A stretch of 64,000 nt of DNA from positions 92,752,001-92,816,000 of the forward strand of contig NW_026262712.1 of NCBI RefSeq assembly GCF_021869535.1, written 5' to 3'. Each line of letters opens with the position of its first letter. Position 1 is the stretch's first letter. The translations under genes were made by a program, and so were the position numbers. Source of the stretch: Mytilus californianus (taxonomy: Eukaryota). This document shows positions 1-13,039 of the stretch, piece after piece. A model generated the notes under the pieces. The model was not told the origin of the DNA. It saw only the letters and a list, made by a program, of their open reading frames with translations, and ran no database searches.

Positions 1-54
1 AGATAATATGGTACGTTGTGTGAAAAGGCCATTATTTAGCCATAAAATTCAAAA

Positions 55-205
55 AACGATTGATTAATTGATTGGTTGATTGATTGGTGTTGAACGCCAT
101 TTTCAGCACTTTTGGCTATTTCATGGCGGTTAGTTTGTATCGGCGGAGGAAGACGCAGTGCCGGGAGAGAACCACCACCCTTTGCAAGGAAAACTGACCA
201 TTCGA
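55..205 (-). mobile_element. SINE 3' fragment, same family as 27825
   Basis: Reverse complement gives gtcagttttccttgcaaagggtggtggttctctcccggcactgcgtcttcctcc...gctgaaaatggcgttcaacacc(aatc)n. Confidence 0.75.
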
Positions 206-1387
206 AAAACGAATCAATATTACAATACAATTCCTTTTAAAACCTATTCAGATTTAACTCAGTTATGCTGACTGGTGATATAAGAACTGCGGTTAATCAA
301 AAACAGATATACGATATTGTTTTGTAAATAAAAATAGCATGATATTAAAAACGAAAAGTCATAGATATGACGTATTTTGAGACAAAACTTTATGAAATAC
401 ATGTTAATACCAAAATAAAGAAACAGCGCTGATTTACTGTTCTACATGTTGACGTTAGCTGATGATTGAGCGTAGTGTCTTTACCTTGTAGGAGGGTCTG
501 GTGGGGGGTCCTTCATTTCTGTATTGTTTAAATTTTTATGCCATTTTTCTCTTTTCTTTATACTTTTTGCCCATTATTCTCTATTCTTTATATTTTAGCA
601 CCACCTTATTCTCTATTCTGTAAACCTCCATCCACACCTCTTGTAGAGATGTCAAGAAGGACTAAATATTTTTTCGCATAATTTTCGTGCCTATAAAGTT
701 ATGATTTTAACACGGTCGTCTGGTGTTCCTATGAAGAATAGAAAGACATAAGATGAAAACAAATAGTTACCTTTTAAACTGGCATCATTCATGACTTGGA
801 CCCCACAGACAAGTCCTGTTACTGTTAATAGAATCAATGCTGCTATCATTGTCGTTTCTTCTCCACAGTGTATAATACCTTTCCCTGGAATAAACGTACG
901 CTATTTATACTAAAAACAGAAAACGTGTTGTTTCAAAAAAAGTCATTAATAATTGCAAATTTCAAAACACGGAGGTTGATGATTTATTAAAGAGTTTAGC
1001 CTCATAGCAGTTTGGTCAGATAATATAAATATATTATGCAAATGTATTCTAAATGATAACTTGCCTGGAGAAAACGTGTTTTTGGGTTAGCAATTGTTTT
1101 CAAAATAGCTTTCTATGTATGAATATTTGTTTAGCTTTTTTGTTGTTGTTGATTTCTGGGTTACGCGCATGATATAAGTACATTATGTATGTCAAATCCA
1201 GTTACAATTAAATAGATCATTCTAGATGCTACATCCGACCATAAACAAAATTTCATCAATACAAAAATACACAGTACATACAACATGAATGCAAGTTCAC
1301 ATAAATATAAAAAAAAGTAAAAATCTAAAACAAAGTATAGTGACTATGTTTAATTTCAATTTCAGCAATATAAGAGGGTCTGGATTG

Positions 1388-1843
1388 GGGTAAACGGACA
1401 GAAAGTCACAGGACAAATAGTCACAGGACAAAAAGTCACAAATAATTTGTTCACAATTGTTTGAATATATAAGAGAAATTTCTTGAAATATTTTCTTTTT
1501 ATTACATCTATTCATTTTTAAGTTGAGGAAACTGTTCATAAGCCTTGATAAATGAAAATGTATTGAAATTTAATCATGCAAAGGATATATTTCTTGGCAC
1601 CATGAAGCCATTAAGTACCAAGCCACTTTGACATTTTGTTTTCATAACAATTATTTGATCATTGTTGAAATTTATTGAATTAATATTAATTACAAAGTTG
1701 CTTTATATATAATAGTTCAAAAAGAAAAAGACAAAATAAAATATTTTTAAAATTAGTGTTTTCTTGTTCAAAGAAAAATATTCTAAACAACTGAATTGTG
1801 ACTTTTTGTCCGTGACTTTTTGTCCTGTGACTTCCTGTCCTGT
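1388..1843. mobile_element. Mutator-like MITE
   Basis: TIRs built from agtcacaggacaaaa repeats (1395-1442 versus 1797-1840); 9-bp duplication tctggattg at 1379-1387 and 1844-1852. Confidence 0.7.
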
Positions 1844-1852
1844 TCTGGATTG

Positions 1853-2190
1853 GGGGTCCTTCATTTCTTTATTCCTTATATTTTACCCATTGATCTCTGT
1901 TCTTTATATTTTAGCCCCCATTATTCTCTATTTTTTATTGTTCGTCCTTTTCTTTCTATTCTTTCTATTTTTTGCCCATTATTCTCTATTTTTTATATTT
2001 TTGCCTGTTGTTCTCTATTCTTTATATTTTTCCCATTGTTCTCCATTCTATATATTTTCGCATCCCATTATTTTCTATTCTTTATCTATTTTTTTGCTCT
2101 TTTTTCTATATTCTTTATATTTTTTACACTTTATTCTGAACTTATTGCATATTATTTTCTATTCTGTAAACCCCATCAAGACCCTCTCAT
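1853..2190 (+). repeat. Low-complexity pyrimidine-rich dispersed repeat (shorter copy at 495-645)
   Basis: gggggtccttcatttct...(ttctctattctttatattttt)n...tattctgtaaacc, present twice. Confidence 0.8.
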
Positions 2191-3062
2191 AAAGATAATA
2201 TTTAGCTCAGATAACATTTGTTTTTGGGGCGAGGGGGGTAGTCAAGGTCGTTAAAAAAAACCGGCCTCGTCGTCAAAGCATTAATCCTCATTGCAATGGG
2301 GGGTACTTCGAAGAAATGATCCTGTAACGGCCTTCAAATTAAAACAACATTATTTTTTTACCGCAAATTCATTGAAAGCATTGATTTATCGAGCAACACA
2401 GCAAATTCAAATGCATCAATAGTTTGTACTTTTTTAAAGTTGAATTGATAAACTATTTCAACATTTGATTGCATATTAAAGTAAAAAGTTTTAACTGATT
2501 GGCCATTAAAACAGATTGAAACTAAAAGTAAAGTTTACTGTTTCTTGTATTATACAGATGAGAATTACAAATTTTCACACAGTTGTTTTTCATATTTGGA
2601 AATTGTTGTAAAATATTACATGTTTGTAATTTAGCCGCATTTGTTTCATTTTTTCAACATTGAACGAACCAGTATCAGAAAGTATAGAACTTGCATACCC
2701 GTTTCTACTATTATAGCCGTGGGTTTGATAAATCTTATACTAGTATTATTTGAATTTACATTATATGAAACTAATATCTTAGGGTCTTATTCCCCCAAGA
2801 TTGTCATGATAAACAATAATTGTCAAATGATCTTGAAATAAAGCCAGACTACAACTTTTTGTCTTGGATTCTCTGTGCATGACATTTTAGCTTTCCTATA
2901 AAAGCACTGCAATGTTGCATTTGCTTTCTAGTCCCCCCTCAACGAAGCCAAAGGGCTATCAGTTTGCCCTCCATCCGCCAGTTCGTCCGTCCGTTAACTT
3001 TTCCGCACTTTTTACTATAATGCTACATTTGTATTTGTATCACAGTCATGTCATACGAACTT

Positions 3063-3600
3063 ACTGATCGAGTTTGAGTTTTGTTCTAACGGATTGATTG
3101 TGATCGAGTTTGAGTTTTGTCCAACGGATTGATTGTGATCGAGTTTGAGTTTTGTTCTAGCAGATTGATAGTGGTCGAGTTTGAGTTTTGTTCTAACGGA
3201 TTGATTGTGATCGAGTTTGAGTTTTGTTCTAACGGATTGATTGTGATTGAGTTTGAGTTTTGTCCAACGGATTGATTGTGATCGAGTTTGAGTTTTGTTC
3301 TAACTGATTGATTGTGATCGAATTTGAGTTTTGTCCAACGGATTGATTGTGATTGAGTTTGAGTTTTGTCCAACGGATTTATTGTGATCAAGATTGAGTT
3401 TTGTCCAATGGATTGATTGTGATCGAGTTTGAGTTTTGTTCCAATGGATTGATTGTGATCGAGTTTGAGTTTTTGTCCAACGGATTGATTGTGATCGAGT
3501 TTGAGTTTTGTTCCAATGGATTGATTGTGATCGATTTTGAGTTTTGTCTAACGGATTGATTGTGATCGAGATTGAGTTTTGTTCCAATGGATTGATTGTT
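3063..3600. repeat. ~35-bp minisatellite, about 15 copies, inside a HINE-like element starting at about 2928
   Basis: Unit tgatcgagtttgagttttgt(t)c(t/c)aacggattgattg, abutting with no spacers; upstream tagtcccc...ccatccgcc...cgtccgtccg head. Confidence 0.9.
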
Positions 3601-6600
3601 GTGTAAGTTCTTACCTATGGAAATAGAAAATAACTTGAAAATTTCGGCACTTTTCTCTGTTATACCTGAACAAACTGGAAAGATATATAGTCATATCAAA
3701 AGAAGTTTGACCTGCGTTCCATGTTTAACGATGTTTCACGTAGTTGTGTTCCTTTGGCATTGACAATACGTTTTTCAACACTTTTTCAGTAATGCAGGAA
3801 TCAATAAACTATCATTATTATTACAAGACGTTACAGTTCAATTTTCAATTTTGTTCTGGTTGAGCGAAATTTTGAAGTAGACTTGGCATATACAAAAATT
3901 CTTAAACATGTCCATTTTTAAACATTTGTCAGTAATGCCTGAAACGCTTGACTGGATATTTGGATGTATATACATACATAGTCCTATCACAAAAAGTTTA
4001 CAGATCGACTTTGAGATTCGTTCCAGTTGTATGGAAGCAGTTGAGTGTTTTGGATATTTGTTTGCATGAGTTTTAGTTCTCGGACAAAAAAAGATTGTTT
4101 TTCTGTAGTGCCTGATCGAGTGATTAGATATTTGGGGTATACTATAGTTCTATCATTAGAAACTTGAGATTGATTTTAAATTTAGTTCCGGTAGAGCGAT
4201 GTGTGGTCCTTGGATATAGAAAACAAATTTCACGTATATGCTTTAAGAGAAATAAAAACTTTGATTATTCAGGGGTTGGATTTTGCTTGCCCCTATTGAA
4301 AATATCCGCATCTTTAGATAAATATTCTGACCCAAATAATGATAAGATGGTTTGCAATTACTAGTATATCAGTTACAATGTTTATGCTTGTTCCATTTCA
4401 GTGTAAACTCGTACAATGTAAACATTACAGCCGGAAGAAGAAATTGTATGGCATATGAAAAACTCTCACAATGTATGTTGTATAGTGTTTTACTATAATG
4501 TCTCCAAATATCCACACTGAGGCCCAAATACTTCACAATATGTTGCCAAAAAATAGTGCGCTCTTTACATATGATACTGAACTACTTAAATTTTTGAAAG
4601 TCTTCCCTTAGACCCCTTTTTTAAACTGAAAGATAAGTTGCTGTCGACTATAACCCATGGCTGTGACTTAAAATACTTCCCTTAGTAACCCCACAGTTGA
4701 CTCTGAGGAAATTACACTTTAACATTAGCACTGACCTTTTGATGACGGTCTTATAAATAGAATTCAAACCACTTAATGGAAAGAGCACCCATCGTTAGAA
4801 TCTGTTTGCACAGTCTCTGGTGGTCTACAGTATGTAATCTCACCAATGGTTCCAGACTTATGATTTTGTAAGCTTTTTGTTTCGTCTACAAAGACTGATC
4901 AGTGACGCTCATGCTTGCTGAAGGACAAGAATGTTAAAAAAAGGAGAAGTCCATAAAAACTGACAAAATCAAAGGTTATGAACCAACGGAACGAGTGGAA
5001 AACAACTGTCATATTGATGACTTGGTACAGACATTTTTAGAAGAAAATGGTGGGCTATACCTGGTTTTATAGCTAGATAAATCTCCAACTTTTATGACAG
5101 TTGTTTATAGTTCCGTTATATTGACAAAATTGGGTGAGCAACCTAAAACCAGAATAGAGAGAAAGTGCAGTATGCGCTTCAATGCGATATAACACAAGTA
5201 TTATAGAGTATCTGTTGGGTTATTACTTCGGAATACAGATTACATATCTTAAAGTAAATTATTTTTGATGAACACAATTTTTAAATCAATCATAAAAGTA
5301 CGTTCCTTAAATTATAGGAATATTGATTAGAACACTGAGGGGATGGTTCATGGAAGTGTTGATTGAATACCATTTTATTCAGGATTTTCACTAGCATTTA
5401 AGCATTCGAGTTCTTTAAAGTAATACCCATCCCTAACTGGTGATAGGTTTAGAATTTTATTGTTAAGAAAAGTTTTTCTTTAGGATTCTCTGAAAAAATC
5501 AGTGTGGTAACCACATAATTTCTTTGCAGAAGTTTATTTGGAAACCAACTGTTCTGCTTTATTTGGAAAGACATGATCAAATAAATTCCAACCTTTTTTC
5601 GAGTCATTTCTTGGTCAATAATTAAAAAAATATATATATATATATATTGAATATTTCACCTTGTAACTGAGAACTAAATTTCTGTGCTATTGCCATTATT
5701 CAAGGACTATTTTAGCTCTCTTCAATTTCATTTTCAAAACTATTTTCTGTAACTTCTTTGTCCTTTTTTCTCTTTTTTCTTTTTTTTTTTACTATTTCAA
5801 ATTCATGCAGTGCGCACACTTATTCAAGTATTTGAAGTCAATACAAATGCATCATGTATTGATCATATTTTATAAAGACGTATGTATTATATTGGTTCCG
5901 TTGTTTATTATTCTATATCAATAAAAAGCAACATCAAATACCATTTTATGACTGCTGCAACATCAATACCATTTTATGACTGCTTTTTTGTTGAAACATT
6001 GGACTAAAGCAGTTCATCCGATGATGTATAAAAGAAAAGTTATATTTTCAGTGATTGAACTGAAAGACAAAGAAAAGTGTCCGATGATTATGAGTTAATG
6101 TCGTTTATGTTTGCTATTCCAATATGTATATATTTAAATTATTATGTATATCTACTAAACTAAATGATAAGTAACACCTGAATAAGGTTTAGTAGGATTA
6201 CTGTAACTCACATCTCCTTTTGCTCCTCTTGATGTATATCTTTAAACTATGTCGATTTATGGTTCCATGGTCAGTAGCATACTGTATGCTTTAACATCTA
6301 CATCGTCTAAACAGTTTTCATCAAATTGATCCTCTCTACTCTTCATACTGAAGATGATTGCCATTCATTTTTGCCTGGCTACGCCACTTAAACACATATC
6401 TTCTGCATATAAAAGTAGATGACATGAAGCCAAGGTGAAAAGAAATAAACATCTGAAGGTTTTGACCACTGTTACTGACACTTATGCATGGATACTAAAT
6501 ATGCTATTCCTTATTAACGAGACAGAGGATATCAAGATGACCGCCAAAAACACTGAGTCCAAGAAAATCAGACCACATAATGCTCAAAATAAAAATAAAC

Positions 6601-6789
6601 AGAAGGTAAACAACAGTTTACTAAACAATAAAGACTGAGCAAAACTTGGAAAAGGAGGGGGGTGGTAATATTATGTGGTGTGGAAGCATAAGTAAGCAGT
6701 TCCTATTCCATTAGAGACACCCGTCCTATTGCTCGTTGGTATAAAACAAATCGATGATAAATCGCATTCGATAATATCATATTGTGGTA

Positions 6790-7350
6790 ACATATCCGTT
6801 ATCAGCTGTGACACAGATGCTCTATAACCAAATCATGATGGCGTCTGTAGAATTTTCGAAGGGATGACTTCAACAATTGAAGCGCTTCTCGGGATGTTGC
6901 TACATACATGTTAAAATAGAAAATTCAAAATTCTAATGCTGATATAACTTCTTCCGTCGATAAGTTTAATTCCAAACCAACTCTCGTTGACAATTTCTAT
7001 ATGTAAGTCATCATATGAAACAGACTTAACTGTATCGCTAGAATCCTTTATTTCAAAAATAAAAAAATTCACAATTCTAATACTGGTATCACTTCTTTCG
7101 TCGATAAGTTTAATTCTAAACCAACTGTCGTTGAAAATTTCTATATGTAAGTCAACATATGAAACAGACTTAACTGTATCGGTGGTATCCTTTATTTAAA
7201 ATTCGATGGGATAGTTGCGCTCAACAAAGTTATCAAACTTTGAACTAACTGGTAAGAGAATATCATCTATGTAGCGGACCGTAAAGTTTAAGGATACTGC
7301 TAGCACAGTTATCTTTTTTCTTGAGAAGCTCCAGACTGTATCTCCTGTAT
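6790..7350 (-). mobile_element. Penelope-like RT fragment (second family)
   Basis: Minus-strand translation NFTVRYIDDILL...IKDTTDTVKSVSYVDLHIEI...LKSSLRKFYRRHHDLV, with an internal duplication of about 150 bp (6935-7080 and 7085-7200). Confidence 0.8.
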
Positions 7351-7552
7351 GATGTTTGACTCATTTGAATATATGAACAAGTGAGCAAAATGATTAGCAC
7401 GGTTAAACATCATAGTCTTACTCGTTCTTAAGCTTTTTGTTTCAATAAGAGCTGAAATATGCAAATTTGCAGTAGTGAGAACATTCTAGCACATCAGTCT
7501 AGAGTTTATTGTAAATCGTGTTTCTATATGCTGATATTATAACTGAATTATG

Positions 7553-7826
7553 NNNNNNNNNNNNNNNNNNNNNNNNNNNNNNNNNNNNNNNNNNNNNNNN
7601 NNNNNNNNNNNNNNNNNNNNNNNNNNNNNNNNNNNNNNNNNNNNNNNNNNNNNNNNNNNNNNNNNNNNNNNNNNNNNNNNNNNNNNNNNNNNNNNNNNNN
7701 NNNNNNNNNNNNNNNNNNNNNNNNNNNNNNNNNNNNNNNNNNNNNNNNNNNNNNNNNNNNNNNNNNNNNNNNNNNNNNNNNNNNNNNNNNNNNNNNNNNN
7801 NNNNNNNNNNNNNNNNNNNNNNNNNN
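7553..7826. other. Assembly gap (274 N)
   Basis: Run of n. Confidence 1.
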
Positions 7827-9775
7827 ACTATATACTAGTACCTATATCTATAAATCCATTTCTTGTTTCATACATTTAATTTTAACCTACAAAGTTCAAG
7901 TTTCATACTATATGCAGCACTTTTTTAACCTTACAATGAAAACCCGTTGTGAGTAAGGGAATTTGAATTTAAAAATTCACTGTTAGCAAATTAACAACAA
8001 CTTTGCTTTATACATTATGCAGGATAAAACATATATATACAACATTTAATTGCATACTAGTAATTCACTAAAGACGGGCAAGTAGTTAGGACTAAAATTT
8101 TATTCTGAATAAAATCACAGTTAGAATTGAATATTGTCAGAAAGACTATCGTAGTTAACATGCCCTGAATGCCAGACGTTCTTGTCATGTTCCTGGAGGT
8201 GGTAATATAACATGTATAGTGTTAAAATCAATCACTCTAGGACAGTCTTATGTCGTGTACTTTTTCTTAATTTCTTTTAATTAGTTTACGCTGGTTGTAT
8301 GGTGGCCTTGTCTAGGGTCTAGAACTATTGAAACGTTGTAATATAAAGCTTACAGAATAAACGAAGGAATATTTAAAGAGTTGTTGGATTATAATAAAAT
8401 AACAAAAAAGTTTCAATTTAATACGACATAGAGAACTCTAGAAGGGTATCAATTACATTCATGCTTAGTTAAGTGGAAGCGTAGTTAATTTTATTGATAC
8501 GACTAATCAGTATAATAACTTAACTAAGGAAGTTATTGGTGAAATCGCATACGCGTCTAGCCGCCGTATAAATTTTGGACTTACATCGAAGTCCGGTCTC
8601 TAATCCAAGACTGTTCCCAATTGACATATTTCACCTGATTCTTTGTCATGACAACAACTTTACATATTGTTAAACTATATTCTGGGGGTTTCAGTTTTGC
8701 TGATAAGACACTTTCCATGTCCCAAGTTTTATTTGTATCCGAAAATACAATGCTTAACTTAACTTTCGATAGAATTCTGGTGTTTTTGTAGAAATAATTG
8801 TACTAAAAATTGTCACATTCTATTAGACCTGTGGTGCCTTCTTTTCTGTAAACGTTTTATGTGGCGAAGTGTTCACAAATTCACAATTATGTTCAAACGT
8901 ACTTAAAATATATAAATATGAAATTATGATACTTTTAATTAAAGTTACGATTGCAATACTTTAAATGGAAAATGTCCCTGGTGTGAAGTTAATTCTAGTG
9001 ACGTGAATTGTTCCCACTTTTTTATTCACTACTTTCGATAGATTGTTCAGTCAGCAGCTGCTGTTTACGGTTGAAGACTGTAATCTATGTTGTCCTCTAT
9101 ATGTTTTTTTGGTTGCTGTCTCATTTTTAATTTATATGTGATCATATGTGTATGAATATCATAAAGGATGAGACAAGTCCATGATATGTTTGATGTTTCT
9201 TTTGAGTCTGACTGCTGTCTGTTAAAAACATATTAAGTGTAGTAAAAAGTTTAATACTGACTTAAAACAAACGTCAAACATATTCGAACTCTGTGTACGC
9301 CGTGACAAGAAAAAAAATATTCCACTTTTGTTGAGGCGATTATATTTATCATCATTATTTTATCTATAATAGATACATTATGAATAATGTATTCATTATT
9401 TCTAATTCTCCTGCCTCTGGAATATTTGTGACATCATAGACAATATTCTGTGTATATCAATCATCGATGACTAAACAAGCAGCTGTTAATCATAAAAACA
9501 ATCAAGTGACAGCTTCAATCATTCCAAGCCATGCAGTATCTTCATTGTTTCGGAATGGTCTTAACACTGAAACACCTAGATTTCCCACCCAAACGAAAAA
9601 CATATCAAACAAGCATTCAGTGAGTATTGCATTGCAATACATAGTCCCCTACCGGTTAAAAATTCATTGTAATGGAGTAAACCTACCACTAAATTCTTCA
9701 AACAATTTACTAAAGAAAAGGAAAAAAATCCAAAATGTCATTTATCTTAATACAATGTCTTTTACAAATCTTTAA

Positions 9776-11882
9776 AATAAAATGCTCCGCAGGGCGCAGC
9801 TTGATACGACCGCAGAGGTCGAACCCTGAACAGTTGGGGCAAGTATGGACACAACATTCAAGCTTGATACAGCTCTGAATTTGGATTGTGATTAAATATT
9901 TGACACAGCATAGGTTACTGACACAGAATGAACGTGGTCTAAGAACTTAATTTTTTTTTATTAAATTGGACGTTCACCTATTATGGTCCAATATCCAAAA
10001 TCTAAATACATGGTTAGATTCAGCATATCAAAGAACCCCAAGAATTCAATTTTTGATGAAATCAAACAAAGTTTAATTTAGGACCCTTTTGACCTCAATG
10101 TGGACAAAGTTGATAACAGGGCCCAAAAATCAAAAATCTAAATACATGGTTAGATTCAGCATATCAAAGAACCCCATATATTCAATTTTTGTTGAAATCA
10201 AACAAAGTTTAATTTTGGACCCCGATTTGGACCAACTTGAAAACTGAGCCCATAATCAAAAATCTAAATACATGTTTAGATTCAGCATATCAAAGAACCC
10301 TAAGATTTCAATTTTTGTTAAAATCAAACTAAGTTTAATTTTGAACACTTTGGACCTTAATGTAGACCAATTTGAAAACGGAACCAAAAATTAAGAATCT
10401 AACTACACGGTTAGATTCGGCATATCAAAAAACCCCAAGAATTCAATTTTTGATGAAATCAAACAAAGTTTAATTTAGGACCCTTTTGACCTCAATGTGG
10501 ACAAAGTTGATAACGGGGCCCAAAAATCAAAAATCTAAATACATGGTTAGATTCAGCATATCAAAGAACCCCATATATTCAATTTTTGTTGAATCAAACA
10601 AAGTTTAATTTTGGACCCCGATTTGGACCAACTTGAAAACTGAGCCCATAATCAAAAATCTAAATACATGTTTAGATTCAGCATATCAAAGAACCCTAAG
10701 AATTCAATTTTTGTTGAAATCAAACTAAGTTTAATTTTGAACCCTTTGGACCTTAATGTAGACCAATTTGAAAACGGAACCAAAAATTAAGAATCTAAAT
10801 ACACGGTTAGATTCGGCATATCAAAGAACCCCAATAATTCAATTTTTGATGAAATCAAACAAAGTTTAATTTTGGACCCTTTGGACCTCAATGTGGACCA
10901 ATTTAAAATCGGGGCCCAAAATCCAAAAACTTAATACACGGTTAGATTCAGCATATTAAAGAACCCCAAGAATTCAAGAATAAAACCCCATTGAAATTGG
11001 TCAAGAAATAAGCAATTAATACTGTGCAATTGAATATGTCTTGCTATTGCGCAATACCGTACAATTGACAATTTCTTGCTATTGCGCAATATTGTGCTAT
11101 TGGATATTTCTTGCTATTGCGCAATACTGTGCAATTGAAGATTTCTTGCTATTGCGCAATACTGTGCAATGAAAGATTTCTTGCTATTGTGCAATACTGT
11201 GCAATTGAAAATTTCTTGCTATTGCACAATACTTATTATATAATAATTTACACATCCTGTTTGGTGTGTATCTCCTACCATATCATTATTATTTGCTTTT
11301 AAATATAAATCAGAAATAACCAACTTAAAATGGAAAATTTAAAAAGAAAAAAAAAAGGAAAAAAAGAAAAAAAAGGAAAAAAAAAAATCCCCCCCCCCCC
11401 ATTTTTTGAAACCCCTTATGATTCATCACCCCCAAACTCAATCCCAGCCTTCCCTTTGTGGTATGGTACCTTGCAGTACAATTTCAGAAAGATCCATACA
11501 CTTACACACAAGTTATTATCATGAAACTAGAAAAATGCTTGTTTTTTGCCCCTTTTTTGGCCCCTAATTCCTAAAATTTTGAGGCAATTACCCCCAAAAC
11601 CAATCCCAGCATTCCCTTTGTGATATGGAACCTTGTGGTACAATGTCAGAGAGATCCATACACTAACACACAAGTTATGTCTGGAAGTTACAAAAATGCT
11701 TATTTTTGGCCCCTTTTTGGCCCCTAATTCCTTAACTGTTGGTACCATAACCCCCCAAATCAATCCCAACCTTCCTTTTGTGGTATTGAGCCTTATGGTA
11801 AAATTTCACGGAGATCCATTCACTTAAACTAAAGTAAGAGTGCGAAAACCAATGTGTCTTCGGACGACGCCGGACGACGCCA

Positions 11883-11917
<35 letters not shown>

Positions 11918-11973
11918 CAACGTCATACCAATATACGACAAAAAAAAATTTAATTTTTGCGGTCGTATAAAAA
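9776..11973 (-). mobile_element. Helentron/HINE (pearl-like) non-autonomous element with an internal satellite array
   Basis: Inverted motif tacgaccgca (about 9805) / tgcggtcgta (about 11958); terminal hairpin tatacgac...gtcgtata followed by an A-run; (GAC)n microsatellite at 11880-11916; about 130-bp subunit array at 9990-10990. Confidence 0.7.
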
Positions 11974-12134
11974 CGAGTTATTTCCCATTGAAGAGAAATC
12001 TAGTAATTAATAAGTATTTCATCAAAAATTTAATTCTAGGGAAAGTTAAAAAATGAGTTAATTCCCTTTGAACAGAAATCTAGTAATTATTAAGTATTTC
12101 ATCAAAAATTTAATTCTAGGGAAAGGGCTTTAAC

Positions 12135-12356
12135 TGAACAAGGAGAAAAGCTAAAATCGTGAAAATCGAACTTGACCTGTAACTTGTCATGATAAAACAA
12201 TACACCAAATATCAAATCAATATCTTCAAGCATGAAGAAAAAAAGTCTGGAAAACTTATTTGTCAGACTGACGGACGGACAGACGGACGGACGGACAGAC
12301 AGACGGACAGAGTACAAACCTAAAGTCCCCTTCGACTTCATCTGTATGGGACTAAT
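12135..12356 (-). mobile_element. HINE-type element with GGAC/AGAC microsatellite
   Basis: acggacggacagacgg run followed by aaagtcccc...gggacta hairpin; a related copy lies at 39455-39670. Confidence 0.7.
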
Positions 12357-13039
12357 TAACAACAATTCCCTAAAGGTTTTCTTTAATATATGCCTACATG
12401 TAGGGTATAAGTAGGAAATATAGGTTGTGGTCATAGGATACGATTTTTCTTTCGGCTTGTGAACGATTTCTTATAATTCGAAATTAAAAATAGATTTCCG
12501 AATTAAAGAATATATGACATTGTACAGTTACTTGCAAAATTAATACAGTTAAATCCCTATAGAATAATTGGTGGAAAATGTTTTAATACCTTTTTGAAAT
12601 GTTCTTCTGAAATTATTGATTAAGACATAAAGGTAACAGCTTATATAACGTTACATTGACTATAGAATACGAAGCGGGGCGTTACACGTGCGTTTTAAAT
12701 GTCTGTTTCGCTTTAATTTTAATGACATTTGCGCTTAAACAAAAAGGAGTTTGCGATGTTTCAAAGACATTTAAGCTTTTTCCTAAAAGGTATTTTCAGA
12801 CTTTGAATTTGGATTTTGCCCTCTCATGTGTTCTCCGTTTTATGTGACCTGCGGGCTTAACCTGGTGGAGTTAAAGATATTCAACGGAGACGAATTTATA
12901 TAAGTTTGTCTTTTTACCGAATCCATTTATTTCTGTTGTATGTTTGTCAGTTGTGCACGTTTGAAAAATAAAATATTGTTTAAACTAAAGGCATTTTGTT
13001 GAAGTTTAAAAGTTAATTACTATCCAAACCAAATATGAT

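Noticed and set aside
1764-2254. 142-aa and 144-aa hydrophobic ORFs
   Set aside because: These are translations of a T-rich low-complexity repeat plus a MITE end, not membrane proteins.
3063-3600. CRISPR-like ~35-bp repeats, and ORFs 3086..3391 and 3300..3587
   Set aside because: Repeats abut with no unique spacers, there are no cas genes and the context is eukaryotic. The ORFs are translations of the minisatellite.
3700-4160. Possible LINE remnant
   Set aside because: No RT or endonuclease motif could be read convincingly in any frame.
7518-7879. ORFs spanning the N run
   Set aside because: Artefacts of the assembly gap.
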